A stretch of 64,000 bases of DNA from the human T2T-CHM13v2.0 reference genome, Homo sapiens. The stretch lies in NCBI RefSeq assembly GCF_009914755.1, contig NC_060926.1. One strand, 5' to 3'. Below are positions 16,902 through 32,993 of this stretch, in pieces (position 1 is the stretch's first letter; the number at the start of each line of letters is the position of its first letter). The notes beneath the pieces were generated by a model, which was not told the origin of the DNA, searched no databases, and saw only the letters and a program-made list of their open reading frames with translations. The translations under genes and the position numbers were made by a program.

Positions 16902-17795
16902 CTCTTTCCCATCTTACAAGATGGCAGGTGAAAAAGTTGAGAAGCCGGATACTAAGGAGAAGAAGCCTGAAGGCAAGAAGGCTGACACTAGTGGCAAGGT
17001 GAAAAGGGGTAACTTCAAGGCTAAAAATCCAAAGGCCAAAATCCTGTCAATTGTCAGAAGAATTGGCAGATATGCCTGATCTGCTATGTATTCTAGGAAA
17101 GACATGCATAAAAGGAAATACTCACCCAATGAATCCAAGATTGAAAACAGAAAGAGGTTCTTGCAGCCATTAGAAAATCAGTTGGCGGTGACAAGAACAG
17201 TGGTACCCAGGTGATTAAACTTCACAAATTGCCTTGATATTATCTTAGGGAAGACGTGCCTTGAAAGCTGTTGAGCCACAGCAAATAACTGCAAGCCAGT
17301 TAGCATGTGAGAAAACTGCAAGCCAGCTCCCAGGAGCACTCTGATCATCCTCACTGGCCGCCACAGAGGCAAGAAGGTGATTTTCCTGAAGCAGGTGGGC
17401 ATTGGCTTGTTACCTGTAACTGGATCTCTGGTCCTCAGTCGAGTTCCTCTACGAGGAACACACCAGAAATCTGCCATCGCCACCTCCACAAAAATTGCTC
17501 TCAGCAATATGAAATCCTCAAACATCATACTGATGCTTACTTTAAGAAGCAGCAGCTGTGGAAGCCCAGCCATCAGGAAGGTGGGGTTTTCAACACCAAA
17601 AAAGAGACATATGAAATTACAGAGTAGTGTAAGGTTGATCAGGAAGCTGTGGACCTGCAAATGTTACCAACAATCAAAGCTATTCCTCAGTTCCAGGGCT
17701 ACCTGCAATCTGTGTTTGCCCTGATGAATGGAATTTACCCTCACAAATGGGTGTCCTAAATTTCTTAAGCAGAATCTCATTAAATGACTGATACA
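16902..17795 (+). pseudogene. Processed pseudogene of ribosomal protein L6 (RPL6), antisense to the host gene
   Basis: 5' TOP ctctttccc, ATG 16921 ([17 protein letters not shown]), C-terminal GIYPHK and TAA 17757-17759, ATTAAA near 17779, no introns, frameshifts and stops, TSD aaaattaagttca at 16888-16900 and 17806-17818. Confidence 0.95.
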
Positions 17796-19227
17796 TTTTG
17801 GGGAGAAAATTAAGTTCAATACCACCCAAAGAAGGCAATGTGTAATACATTTTATTTAAACAATTCTTCCCAAACAGTTTAATTGAAAAAGTTTTTGGAA
17901 CTTAAGTGGAATCCACAATCATCTTACTGTCACGGATACCTCTTTCCATATAGTTTCTAGGTTAGGGTTTGAAGTCACTAAGACACATTGAGTACAGTAA
18001 TTTCTCTCTATTTACCAGTTCTCTTGATTTAGGCTAACAAAATTATTACATCCAAAAGAGCAAAACAGTGATGTTATAAAGATATACATATTAGGTTGGA
18101 TTGGAACCCTTATGTTTTTACTGTGTATTTGTTTGAAAAAATAGAATTCCTTAAAATAAATATTTAAAATGGAAGAATATTAACACTAGTAACTACTTTA
18201 GAAAATACGTTCCATTAAATTTAAAATAAAGAAGTGAGGTGTAAAGAGATTAACACACCTGCCCAAGTCACAAAATGTCTAAGTAAACAAAATATATAAA
18301 AGTTGTGTATTCTCATAACTACTTTGCCCTGAAACCACTAAATTATAAAAACACTACAATTGATTAAAAATAAAAAGTTAAAATCTTTTTGGGGGGAGGG
18401 GCATGGGGGAGATTAAATGTCCCAAGATGGTCTTTTGAGGAGATAGATTTTTGTATGAGAATAAAACCCAAAGGTGTGTTTATGCTAATTTTTAGAGTGC
18501 TTGATTTAGTTACGGAGTCCCAAAGGCAAGTAGACCAAAGGCAAGAAAGAAAACAACTTCCCAAGAGATGACGGAAAAATAGTGCCTCATTGACTTCTAG
18601 TAACTGTATAATGAATGTCTTTAGTAACAGCTGGCCTACTGTGCCATCTACACAGTTGTGTGCAAAGGGATACCTACAAATGCCCTCAAATCCTTATCCT
18701 AATTCAGGCCACACTAAAGCACTTTTTTTAAAGAGTAAGAATAGCTGAATCAACGACTAGTATACTATCTAAGATAAGAAATAAATAAGACTATATCTAA
18801 AAGTTTAATATACTTTATGTCCTCACATTACAATATCAATGGCTAACATTATTAGGCTGTTTCTTATGTGCCAGGTTTTGTTCTGAGTTTTTATAAATGT
18901 TTTATAAAAGTTCTGAGTTTCATTTACTTCTCACACAACCATATACTGTCTCCCAATATCTGGTATGCTTACTGTAAGACATACATTTGAACTCTTGGTC
19001 AGTGATCTGTTGAGTAGCATACTACATTTTAACAGGCCCAACATTTACCCTTTAAGATAATATTATTGTAGAACTTGGATTAGAGGGGACACTGAGTGAT
19101 TGTCAAATGTGGGTTAAGACTATAAATTTTTTGGAACAGAGAATATAAATATTTAGGCACCACAATAATTTTTAAAATCATGTAAAACAAAGTATATATT
19201 ATCACAGTAAATTACCAAATGTCCTGC

Positions 19228-19527
19228 TTTGTTGTTTTTGGGGGGTTTTTGAGACAGGGTCTCACTCTGTCACCAAGGCTGGAGGGCAAGTGGCATGATC
19301 ATGGCTCACTGCAGCCTCAACTGTCCTGGCTCAAGAGATCCTCAGCTTCCTGAATAGCTGGGACTACAGGTGTGTACCACCATGCCCAGCTAATTTTAAA
19401 AAAATTTTGAAGAGATGGGGTCTCACTATATTGTCTAGGCTGGTCTCAAACTCCCGGGCTCAAGCCATTCTCCTGCCTTAGCCTCCCAAAGTCTTGGGAT
19501 TACAGGCATGAGCCACCATGCCCAGCC
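19228..19527 (-). mobile_element. AluJ
   Basis: Diverged Alu consensus. Confidence 0.85.
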
Positions 19528-20519
19528 GTGTTATTTTTAAATATATCTTTTTACCTATATCTATAAACATTCTGCAACTTCCTATTATTATATTGCTACT
19601 ATAATATCTAATGTTTGTATTAATTTACACGTTTCAGCTCAGTGTGTACCTCAAAATTCACAACTAATTTTCAGGTCACAGAGGACAATTAACTGTAGCT
19701 ATTGGTCCTTTCCTTTAGACATTTTTCATTGCCTTCTAAAAGTATGTAAGATGACTTTTATCAGGAAAGACAGAATAGACATCTGAGATTAAGACAGATT
19801 TGACAGATAAAGGGTAAGGATTATTAACTCAACAACTAGATCAGTACCCATCACCAAATTTTAAGGTAACATGAAATAAGATTTAATTCTTTTTGTTTCC
19901 ATACCAACAAACTAAATATCACATTCCTGTGGGACTAGTCAAATTTTGTTCATAGGTTTAGGATGAATAATGTCATTTAAGTATTTTTTCAGAACTATGA
20001 AGGCAAATGTGACCTCCTATGTGACTATTTTCTATTTATCCTTTTTGAAGTATATAGTTTATATCCTATTTTCTTAACCTTTTAAAAAAATGAAATATAA
20101 GATACATATGCATAAGTACTTAAAGCATTTATCTCATGTTTAGCTTGTAAATATGAAGCAATAACTCCCCTTACTCTTCCACTTTCCCATAACCACCACT
20201 CACAGGTCAAGAAACAGAGCATTAGCACTCAGGAAATGCCCCCTCTTATGTGAAGCTCTTCTATTATACTTAATTTAGGAATAATGAAAGCTAAATCAGT
20301 ACTTTTTTACTGAGATCCTGAATAATTCAAGCACCTCAGTGCAATCTGAATCGATTTCCTCCTTCTGACCTCTATGTTATTGCTGTTATAGACTTTTTTT
20401 AGCCCCACAAAACATATTTTACTACTGTTCACTTACACATGCCCATATGGTTACTTACCATTTTATTTGTTCTTGAACCCTTCTTCATCCCAATTTTCCA
20501 TCCAGATAATATACTACTG

Positions 20520-21500
20520 CCCAAAGTATATCCTTTATGTTTAGAGTCTACTAGTCTACTCTCCCAGCCTTGGTTTGTCTCAAAATGTTTGTCCTTCACA
20601 CTCAGACTTGAAAGATGATTTCTCTGTGTATAGAGTTTCTAGGTAAACAGTTATTTCCTTTCAACATACTAATGGTACCATTCCACTGTACTCTGGCTCC
20701 TGTTATTACTATTGAGAAGTCAGCTATCCGTCTAACTATGTTTCAATTAAGATTATGTCTTTCTCCCACTTCTGGTTGCTTTTGGACATTCCATTTATCT
20801 TTGTTTTTTCACATTTCCTATATGTCCAGAGGTAGATTTCTTTTTAGTTGTCCTGATCCAAAATCTGTGTTTGGCTTCCTGAATGTGGTGTCTTTCAACA
20901 GTTCAAGTAATTTTTCAGTCACTCTCTCTTCAAATATTGCTTCTATTTCTTTCTATAGTGCTTCTTCCACATCTCCAACTAAGTGTCATATTAGACCTTC
21001 ACACTATATTCTCTACATTTTAAAATGACTCTTCTGTATTTTCCATTGTTTCATATCTTTTGCTACATTTTGGAACTTTTCTTCTAATACTTCTTCTATG
21101 TCACACATTCTCTCTTCAACTGTGTCCAGTTTGCTGCAGAAACCACTTACTTAGTTATTATATTCAGTATTTTTCAGAAGTCTTATTTAGCCTTTTTCCA
21201 AATGTGCTTATGTAACTTGATATAGTTTGTTCCCTGCTGGCATTTTAAGCCTATCTTTTATTTCTATAATCAGGCTACCATTTTAAAGTCATCAGTGTTT
21301 GGTAATTCTAATATCTGAAAACTTTATGATCTTTTTTTGCTGTCTGTTGTGCACTCCTTATTCTTACTCTTCTTGCTCTGTCTCCTTATATGTTTGATTA
21401 TATTTGCCTGTTTGTTAATCCCTGCCCTTGGCAAATTATTCATGAGGATTTCCCTAGGCTAAAAAAGGTGCCTTCCTCCAGAGGAAATCTGCATTTGCCT
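20520..21500 (-). mobile_element. Old L1M ORF1-region relic
   Basis: Antisense L1 ORF1-like motifs (ttgagaagtcagct, tcttcaaatattgcttct, tctctcttcaactgtgtc). Confidence 0.5.
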
Positions 21501-21819
21501 CTGCCATTCCAGAACCACTTAAAACTAGGGATCTCTTGGATCACTCATTGATGCAAACTTGGATTGAAAATCCATGTAAAAAGTCTCCACCATGATCAGA
21601 ACATCTCAAAGATAGGTTTTTTGTTTTTTTTTTTTAATCTTCTGCTCTGCTTAGCCCCAAGGCAAATCTCCCTGTGGTCCCTAGTGGTGGGGAAAGGGAA
21701 ACAGTTTTACTTCCAATGTACCTTTACTGTAATGGCATAGGCCCTGAAAGAGAATGGTCTCTACTAAATACAAAGATTTTATTTCATCTTCCTGCCATGG
21801 GCAGAGCCAAGGGCTTTGA

Positions 21820-22140
<321 letters not shown>

Positions 22141-22374
22141 TGATTTATCTTCTTATCATTCCACAATCTATTAAATCTTCAGCTTGATTTTGCTGGATTT
22201 GGTTTTAGTTTCTCTCCTCCCTTCCCCCAAAAGATATCAAAACTTCAATTTAATTTTGTCTAAATTTAGCCTCAAAAAAAGCAGACTGCTGTGCTTTGCT
22301 TACTTTTTGAGCTCTGGCTTTCTCTCAGCTTTTGGCTTGGCAATTAATATTTGCTAATTTCTAATTTTTGAAAT

Positions 22375-22935
22375 AAACAAAATTTAAAAATAGAATTATC
22401 ACATAATCCAGCAATTTCACTTCTAGAATACCCAAAACAATTAAAAGCAGGGACTCAAACAGATATTTGTTCATCCATGTTAATAGCAGCCTTATTCACA
22501 ATAGCCAAGGGACAGAAGCAATCAAATATCTATCCACAGATCAAATGTTGTCTATATAAAAATAGAATATTATTCAGCCTTAAAAAGGGAATTTTAACAC
22601 ACAGGCTATAATGTAGATAAATTTTGATATTATGCTAAGTACAATAAGTTTGTCACAAAAGGACAAACACTATGTGATCCCACTTATACGGTACCTAGAG
22701 TAGTCAAATTCATATAGAAGGTAAAGTGGTAGTGGCCAGGAGCTGAAAGCAAGGAAGAATGGGAAGTATTGTTTAGTGGATATAGAGTTTCAGTTTGAGA
22801 AAATAAAAAAAATTCTGAAGATGGATGGTGATGATGATTACACAACATTTTGATTGTATTTAATGCCATTAAACTTACATTTAAAAATAGTTAAAATGGT
22901 AAATTTTTGTTATGTATGTTTTATAATTTTGAAAA
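22375..22935 (+). mobile_element. L1MB 3' end fragment
   Basis: aaagcagggactcaaacagatatttg..ggtacctagagtagtcaaattcata..gatggatggtgatgatg..aaaatggtaaatttt. Confidence 0.8.
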
Positions 22936-24249
22936 ATACTTATGAGTTTTCTTACCTGCCCATTTATTATAAATACATAAATAGTATTTATATGCTTCCG
23001 AGAAGTATTTATATGCTTAACAAGGACATCTTCAGAAAGTGCTTTGTGGTTTAAGTGTCAAGTCTGAAATACCATTAAATAGACTAAGCCCTTACTCCTA
23101 AAAACCTTTGAATCTGAAAGATGTTTTCTTCATATACAACTATGTGAAGGAAAAATAACAAAGGTATTGGAAAATAGCAAGATATAAGAAATAAAATTAG
23201 GCCTCATTTGATATTCTACTCCCAGTGTCAAAAGGCTCATAGAGATCCATTTCACATTACTTCAATCCAGATATCTTTGAATCAAAGCTGTTTCATATAA
23301 TGCTATAATATAAAATTGTATCTCCGATTAATTTTAAAAATCTATAGTAATATTCTCAAACATGAGTAACATTAAAAAACTAAAATTTGTAGAATTTCAC
23401 TACTATGTACTTATTTTATAGAAAGTTCAATTAGAGAATATTTTAAAAGTTCAATTCTTAACTAGTTTTATAAGCATTAATTAAGTACTTTTCATTATAA
23501 ACATATTTATAGTTAAGGGATTAAAAAAAAAAAATTCTTAGAAACCACTAACACCCTTTCCTAGGGGTAGATTACTCAGGCTCCAAAAACAAAGGGGAGA
23601 GGAGAGGAGGGGAGGGAAAATGAGAAGGAATAAGGGAAAAGGAAAAATGTTTTACTTGTCAAAGCTCCTCAGGCTCCTTTAACTAGTCTTAACTAGTCTA
23701 TAATCACCTCAGATTAACTAGTCTATAATCTTAACCAGTCTATAATCACCTCAGAAACAAGTGCATCCACACATATCTTAATCTATTTCATGCTACTCTT
23801 AAGGAACAGGCATATTTTTTCCTGTAATAAGATCCCTCCATAACTTTGTGATAAGGTGTTTTCTACATTTCTCACCTGTAGCTCCTTCCTTTCCCTTTAT
23901 TTTAATAAAGATGCTTAAATTTCCTCCATCTTAAAAACAAAATATTTTCTGTGACTTTGTATGTCCCTTTTATTATAGCCTTTAAAATCAGTGGCCTTGA
24001 AGGGTAATCTTGACCCCCTCTCTCTACTTCTTCTCCAATTCTCTTACTAATTCACTCTTACCTCTTTCTCCATCATGCTCTTGTCAAAGTCTCTCTTGCC
24101 AAAGTCTCAACACATTACTGACAAAACCAACAGATATTTTCAGTACTCTCTTTGGCATACGAAACAATAGACCACGTTTCCTCAAAATTTGCTACTTTTC
24201 CTTCAGTGTTATTATTATTCTTATCTGCAATATAGTCTGGTTTCTATGT

Positions 24250-24990
24250 TTCTGGTTAAATAGATTTATAGATTTTTTAATACATATTATCACAAATTGT
24301 GGAATCTTTACAAAACATTTTAATGAAATCAGGAGTCAGGAGTATCCCCCAAAATCGTTTGTTTTACATGGTAGTTTGCTGGTTATCTGGTAACAAAGCA
24401 CTTATAAAGAGCTATTAAACTTAAAGATAAATTATGCATTTTAGATAACTATCAACTGTTCTAAATTTGATCACTTTCTCTTTGATAAAAAGTAGAGAAA
24501 GTATTACATTATCTAGCAAATGTTAGAAAATAAATACCTTTCCTTCAAGGAAAATATGATATTTTGACAACAAATGGGAAAATAAATGCTTTTTGAAACA
24601 CACATTATGTACCAACTATTTTAAAAAGAGTTCATTGTTGCCAAAAATGTAATTAATTAAAACACGTATCAGCACACTTCAAAAAACGTGAAGAACAAAA
24701 TTTTTGTCTGCTTTTAAATCTATCAAAACATTTTCATAGGTTTTGAACTTGTTAAAAACTTTCAAAAGCAAACCTTTTCAATTAGGTTGTAGCAACAACT
24801 AATTGACATGAGGAAAGACAGTATTCAGTAGCTGATTCCAACAAAAACCTTTGAACTACTAGTAGACAGAATTAAAAAATGTAATTTAGTAAACATGGCC
24901 AATTTTCCATTTCTTTCATTTGGATCTACATATCTTTATGAGGTATCTTTTTCAAGTGTAACAGTTATTAAAAGCCAGTATTCAAACAAC
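24250..24990. mobile_element. Probable Charlie/hAT transposase relic
   Basis: caactaattgacatgaggaaaga, catttggatctacatatctttatgaggtatctttttca resemble Charlie 3' internal sequence. Confidence 0.4.
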
Positions 24991-25591
24991 TACACACAAT
25001 TCCATTTTTATTACATAATATTTTATTAAGTAGTTACATGTTTCACCAACCAGACTGTGAGTTATTCACAAGTGAAGACTTCTGTCTTCATATTTGTGTC
25101 CCTAGGACTTGACTATGTGGCATACAATAAATAATTATGCAATCAATGCTTTGCAAATGAATGACCAGAAATACAGGCAAGTATATTAAAATGAAAATTC
25201 ACAAACACATGAACACACACATGTAACTATGTGTGTAACTGTGTAGTACTTGATTAGGTAAACAAAGTATTATCTAAAATGGGATTAGCCCCAAATCACA
25301 ATGCTTATACACCAATTTGATGTGTTTTATGGGGCAGCTTAAAATACATTCACCTACATTATGACTTTCCTAATTAGGATACGTTCTCATAAATGAAAAT
25401 ATCATAGTTATCCTATACAATATGTAAGAATCTTTACGTTCAACATGTTTTATCACTGATATGAGGAATGAATATAAAGTTGAGAAAAAATAAAGCAAAA
25501 CCAATAGAACTGTTCCCACAATAGAACAATGGATACATAACTCAACATAAATAAAATAGTAAAAGTATTAAAGATTAGATGTTCAAAATAA

Positions 25592-25889
<298 letters not shown>

Positions 25890-26780
25890 TCAGCTTTTTA
25901 TTTTAAGACTTTGTTTACATCCACTAATTTCACAAAGAATTTGATGGCTACTTAGCATAATTTTCACCATGCTATAAATTTTCATTTTATGCTATATTAG
26001 AAAGTTATTAAAATAATAAATTATATAATTTTTAACACAAATATTTCCCAAAATTACACTTAGTTCTCTATGGTAATTAAAGCAAAGAAGCCAACATTCC
26101 AATTTTATCTGAAAAAAATTAGACAATGCACACATAAAATGATATTCTATTGGTATGTCTTCTAATTTTATCTTCAAAAGGAAAAGTTCTAAGAGAAAAG
26201 GAAACAAAGCACAACAAATGCTGTTCCCAAAAAAGGACTAAGATTCATAGTGTATATATTTTTGCTAATATAGATAAATTGTTAATGTTTATAGGAGTTA
26301 TTAATTATAGTAAAAAAAATTTACCTTATATAAAGCTAAAATACAAAATGATTAAAACTTAAGCTGAATCTAATGGGTGATAGCTACCAATGTTCTGTGC
26401 CTAAACTATATCTAGGGTCTTTTTTCCTCAAAATGCACTGCAACGACAGCATGGAGCTCAAGAATACAAAAGGTACAAAGTGGAAGGTATATTAAATAAG
26501 GCAGTACTTCTACAGCAAATGTTATCACCACTATTCTTTTTTTAAGAAACATTATGAAACTTCCCAGAAATCTCTCTCCCTCATTCCTAGATTTATCATT
26601 ACCTTAATTGTGTAAATTTAATATTATCAAAAAATGCATCCATGGTATATTGATTGTACTCTAGTAGCCCCTAATGTACAAAAAAAGTAGCTATAATACT
26701 TAAAATATCAAAACAAAATCAAAATAAGATAAAATAGGCAAAGTTGAATTTAAAAGCTAAGCTATTCCATTGATACCTAC

Positions 26781-26902
26781 CTCCTGTAAATGCCATTAGC
26801 CAGACATTTATGGCTACAGGATTTGGAAGAGAGGGGTGATGAAGTTGGGGACAAGTTGAGAGGGGCAATCAAACTGTTGATGATCTCAGTCAACTGTGCA
26901 CT
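26781..26902 (-). CDS. KANSL1L: KANSL1L coding exon (probably exon 5), 122 bp: SAQLTEIINSLIAPLNLSPTSSPLSSKSCSHKCLANGIYR
   Basis: Acceptor tgtttccttgcag|AGT, donor GAG|gtaggt; ends in phase 2, matching the next exon. Confidence 0.92.
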
Positions 26903-28702
26903 CTGCAAGGAAACAGTCAACCTTTTACTACTGCTAAGCAAGAAATGTGAGTTAAAGCTCAGATGCATAGTGCCAATTAATCCTTAACTTCTCATGACAC
27001 ACGTTTTTATTTTAGTAAATGTTTTATTTGACAAAGACAATTTATACAACTGATTTTTCCATTTATTACAAATAAATCTATACTTTAAGTACCCATTCTT
27101 TTCCATATCCTTTTTTTATTATTGTTCCTTCATCTACCCATCCCATCATCTAACACATTTGAACCCAGCTAACAGCCTTTATATAATATTACCCTTGAGG
27201 CAGGAAAATTAATAATTAAAAATCACAGATACAATTTATTAAGTGCCTACTATGTGCCAGGCATTATATTAGGCACCACACATAGAATATTTCAATCTTT
27301 ACAACTAACCAGCAAAGAAGATAATATTAGAGGTACTGACATCACTATTATTAATAACAGAACAGATGAGTAAATTCTAGCAAAGAAAAAAAGATTAAGT
27401 AGCTTGATCAAGGGCTATAAAGCTGGTATGAAATAGAACTAGGATTCAAATTCAGGCCTAAATCTAACAACACACTGTTTCTCAATATTTTTCCTAATTC
27501 ACAAATATCAGAGTTTTTTTTTAGCACCTAAGATTTCACTGACATTTGTCCCAGACTTAAATATATGTAATAAATATTAAATTATATAATATGTATAAAT
27601 ATTATTCTCAAAACAATCACAATTATAATAAGCAAAGGCCACATAAAAAGGAATAGTACATTTCTACAAAAGAATGACAACTATTTTCATTACACCTGTA
27701 ATCCACGTTCATCATAGAAGAACTGGAAAATATAGAGACATTTTAAAAATGAAAAGAGAGTCATCTGTAATCATACTTCAAAGAGAAAACCAGAGCTAAC
27801 ATTTAGGTATATATTTCTCCTTCCACACTGAGTTTTCTGAGTATATGTAAGCATGAGTGTACATTCAACATGAACACATATACTTTTAATTAAATTATGC
27901 TACATCAATTTTCTAAAACCTGGTTTTCCCACTTAATATAGTGTGACCAACTTTTTAAAAAATACAGACGTAGTTCAACATTTTCAATACTGCAAGATAC
28001 TCTATTGTGAAATAAAGGGGTATATGAAATAATTATTTTAGAATGCTTCATTTGTATGAAACTAATAACATGCTATTAGAAGTGAGACTAAATAATAGAA
28101 TAAAATTAGGCCTAATATTTTATCCCTTCAAAAAATCTTTCATGAGAAAGACCTTGAAATGTTTTCACCATTTATTTTGAAGATAGTATGCACCTAATGA
28201 TGTCATTTTAAAAATTATTACTCAGTTTTTAGATTAAAGCTCATTTTTAAAATCACCAATAGAAATGGATTCTTTATCCATTTAGCAAGTAATCATTAGT
28301 CATGCAAATAAATTCTGAAGTATCTCACATCTTCCGGTTGGAAACACTAAAACATTCCTGTCATTGTTCCACCTCCAAAAAACATCATCTAAAATCTTTT
28401 AAGCCACTGGACGTCGCTAATTGGATATATGTGAATAATGGGCCAGGAAGGGGGAAATTACAATCCCTATCTTTACCCTAAGAATCAGCCTATTCTGGCC
28501 CCATAAAATCTCACATACCCGAGTCATATGGGGAATAGAAAAGTCACAGAGAAAATGTGAATAAGAAAAGTAAAATTAAGAGAAGCGTAATTTGAACTCT
28601 GAAAACAAAAACTAATCAACTGTAAGTTAAAACACTAGCTATTCATAACAAGATTTATAATGTAAATACACCAGTAGCAAATTCATTTTAAATCACCTAA
28701 AG

Positions 28703-29039
28703 TAGAAGTCCCCAACCCCCGGGCTGCTGATGGGTACCTGTCCATGGCCTGTTAGAAACCAGGCTGCACAGCAGGAGGTGGGCAGAGGGCCAGCAAGAAT
28801 TACCACCTGAGCTCCGCCTCCTGTCAGACCACCCACAGCATTAGATTCTCATAGCAGCGCGAACCATACTGTGAAGTGCACCTGCAAGGGATCTAGGTTG
28901 CTGCTCCTTATAAGACTCTAATGCCTGATGATCTGAGGTGGAACAGTTTCATCTCAAAACCATCCCCCCATCCCCACCCTGCGGAAAAATTGTCTTCTAC
29001 AAAACCAGTACCTCATGCCAAACACGTTGGGAACAGCTG
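28703..29039 (+). mobile_element. MER1B hAT-Charlie MITE (337 bp)
   Basis: Consensus match; 8-bp TSD acctaaag at 28695-28702 and 29040-29047. Confidence 0.92.
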
Positions 29040-29333
29040 ACCTAAAGTACTAAAAACAAGGTATTAATACTTTTCAATTTATGAACTACATATTATCTAA
29101 CAATGCAAGCATTTATTAATACTATGAATCAATGTTATTTTTTAAATGATAGTCTACAACTCAATAGTGCCTTTATATTTTAACTTCCAACTCTAACAAA
29201 ACTACTTTAGTCAAGCCAAAAGATTATGAGTGAACAGTTATATATCAGTAGATTATCCTAAGAAAACCATGCATAATAATGGGCTTGCCATACCTACCAC
29301 TTAACTCACTCCTAGACTATCTTCCTCAACAAG

Positions 29334-29639
<306 letters not shown>

Positions 29640-29880
29640 TAAAAACAACTTAAGCTTTTAAAACTTGGCCTATAAAAAGCATTATTACCACATTTCAAGA
29701 ACAAATGACTTGTTCATAGGCAATTTATTAACAACCTCTACAAGTAATTGCTGCTGCCCTTTCTGCATCTTTTACTTCTGCTCTCTTTACATAGAGCCAT
29801 TACTGCTCTCACAACTCTTGGTTCCCTATACTATCAAAGGCCCTGACAGTTTCATCAGCAATGAGACCTAAAATGATACC

Positions 29881-30044
29881 CAGGACCAGCTTCATGGGCA
29901 TGTAACCTGTGCACCAGGCTGAGCGCAGATGGAGGCTATGCTTGCTTAGTGCTCTGCTGTCACTGTCTTTAAATTCATAACTGTTTTTAACAAAGGGCTC
30001 CACAACTTCATTTTACACTAGGATCTGCAAATTAGGCAGTTCTG
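29881..30044 (+). mobile_element. MER45A hAT-Tip100 MITE
   Basis: caggaccagcttcatgggcatg..tgctctgctgtcactgtc..ttcattttacact..gcaaatta. Confidence 0.75.
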
Positions 30045-30683
30045 ATGTCATCTCAGGTCCAACCTAAAAAAACTGGGGATATCAAGGAGAAAGGAAAAAG
30101 TACAAGAAATCTCTTTTAGAAATGAAAATATCTTAGAATTAATTTAAACAGATTACAATTTCCAATGAATAAGTAGTGACCTAAAGATGGTAAAAGTAGA
30201 TTTGACTGTGTAAGCAAATGAATTACTCTAGAATGTGAAACAACTAGGATCAAACCGAACAAGGGTTGATCCTATAGGATGAGGGGAGGGAAAAGAAAGA
30301 GGAAAGTGGGAATATAGAAATATAACAAAAACTAATTTAAATCAATGCTTATATGGTCAAGTGCATTATAATTTGACATCAGATAATTACCAAACAGCTT
30401 TCTAAATTGCAAAATATTCATAAGTGCTTTGATTATGCATTCCAATTAAGAAAAACTCTGGGCAATTATAAATTTAACAAATACAGGGTGGAAGAAATTA
30501 TACCATATTTTGGTTTATCAGGAATAAGACAGTAACCTGTATTTAGTTACTTCCTTGTATGTCAGAAAAACTCAGGAAAATTAGATGCAAGCAGGCATGA
30601 ATCTGTATAATTTCCCAGAGGAACAATGTAATGATGCAACTATGGTGAAGAATGGCTCAGCTTTAAAGTAAAAAAGTCCTAGA

Positions 30684-32169
<1,486 letters not shown>

Positions 32170-32795
32170 AAAAAAGTCCTAGAAACTGAGTTTGTTTAAG
32201 AGCCACTAAAGTCTAAATCAAAATAAATTGTTGGATTTCCAAGGACAGATACAGGATAGACTGGCCAGAATAATTAAGCTTGTGGAGTTATCCACAATAG
32301 AATTTAGATACCAAGGAAGGCTTTGGAATCAAAGTAATTGTTAGGAGCTTTCTTGACTTTCCATTTACATAATCATTTTTTATGAACAAATCCATATTCC
32401 AATATTATCTTTCACTAAAAATCTTGTTCAATAAATTAGTCAAACAACCATTCAGACATATTAACTGGTACAATTGTTCTCTCTCCTTGAAAAAAATCCA
32501 ATGATAAACAATTTTGTTAGAAAAAGGATTTTCTAATCCCTGTAAAAATAAATTATCATCCTATAGCCATACCAATTCCATTACTTTACATATTATATTT
32601 AAATAATTTAAATTATATTGGTATTATAATGGAGACTGGTCATATGTCAAATATTTTAATTGTATTTAATGCCAGATGGCCTAGTTTAATAACACATATG
32701 CCAGGAAGATACACATATAATGATGTTTATTTGAATAGTTTACAAAATCAATGAAAAGTCATTTCATACCACTGATATCCTTACTTTGACTTTAC

Positions 32796-32993
32796 CTGTT
32801 TTTCGATGTTTCGAAGAAGTAAAGTAGGGCTGCTTGGTGACATTTCAAAATCTTGTTCCGGTACAGGATCTTGACACTCCTGGGGAACCTGAGGATTCCC
32901 TAGAATGTTTAGTGAAGCTGCTTGGTCTGCAAATTGCATTTGTTTTTTCAAAATATCTTTTGGAAGCTGACATTCTTCTAGGACCACTATCCC
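32796..32993 (-). CDS. KANSL1L: KANSL1L coding exon (probably exon 4), 198 bp, phase 0-0: GIVVLEECQLPKDILKKQMQF...LLRNIEKQ
   Basis: Acceptor ttttttgtctag|GGG, donor CAG|gtaaag; 66 open codons in frame with the previous exon. Confidence 0.92.

Noticed and set aside
17178-17724. 160-aa, 106-aa and 115-aa ORFs as a functional gene
   Set aside because: Frameshifted sense and antisense pieces of the RPL6 pseudogene
23679-23755. CRISPR-like repeat array
   Set aside because: No unique spacers, unequal units, eukaryotic context, no cas genes
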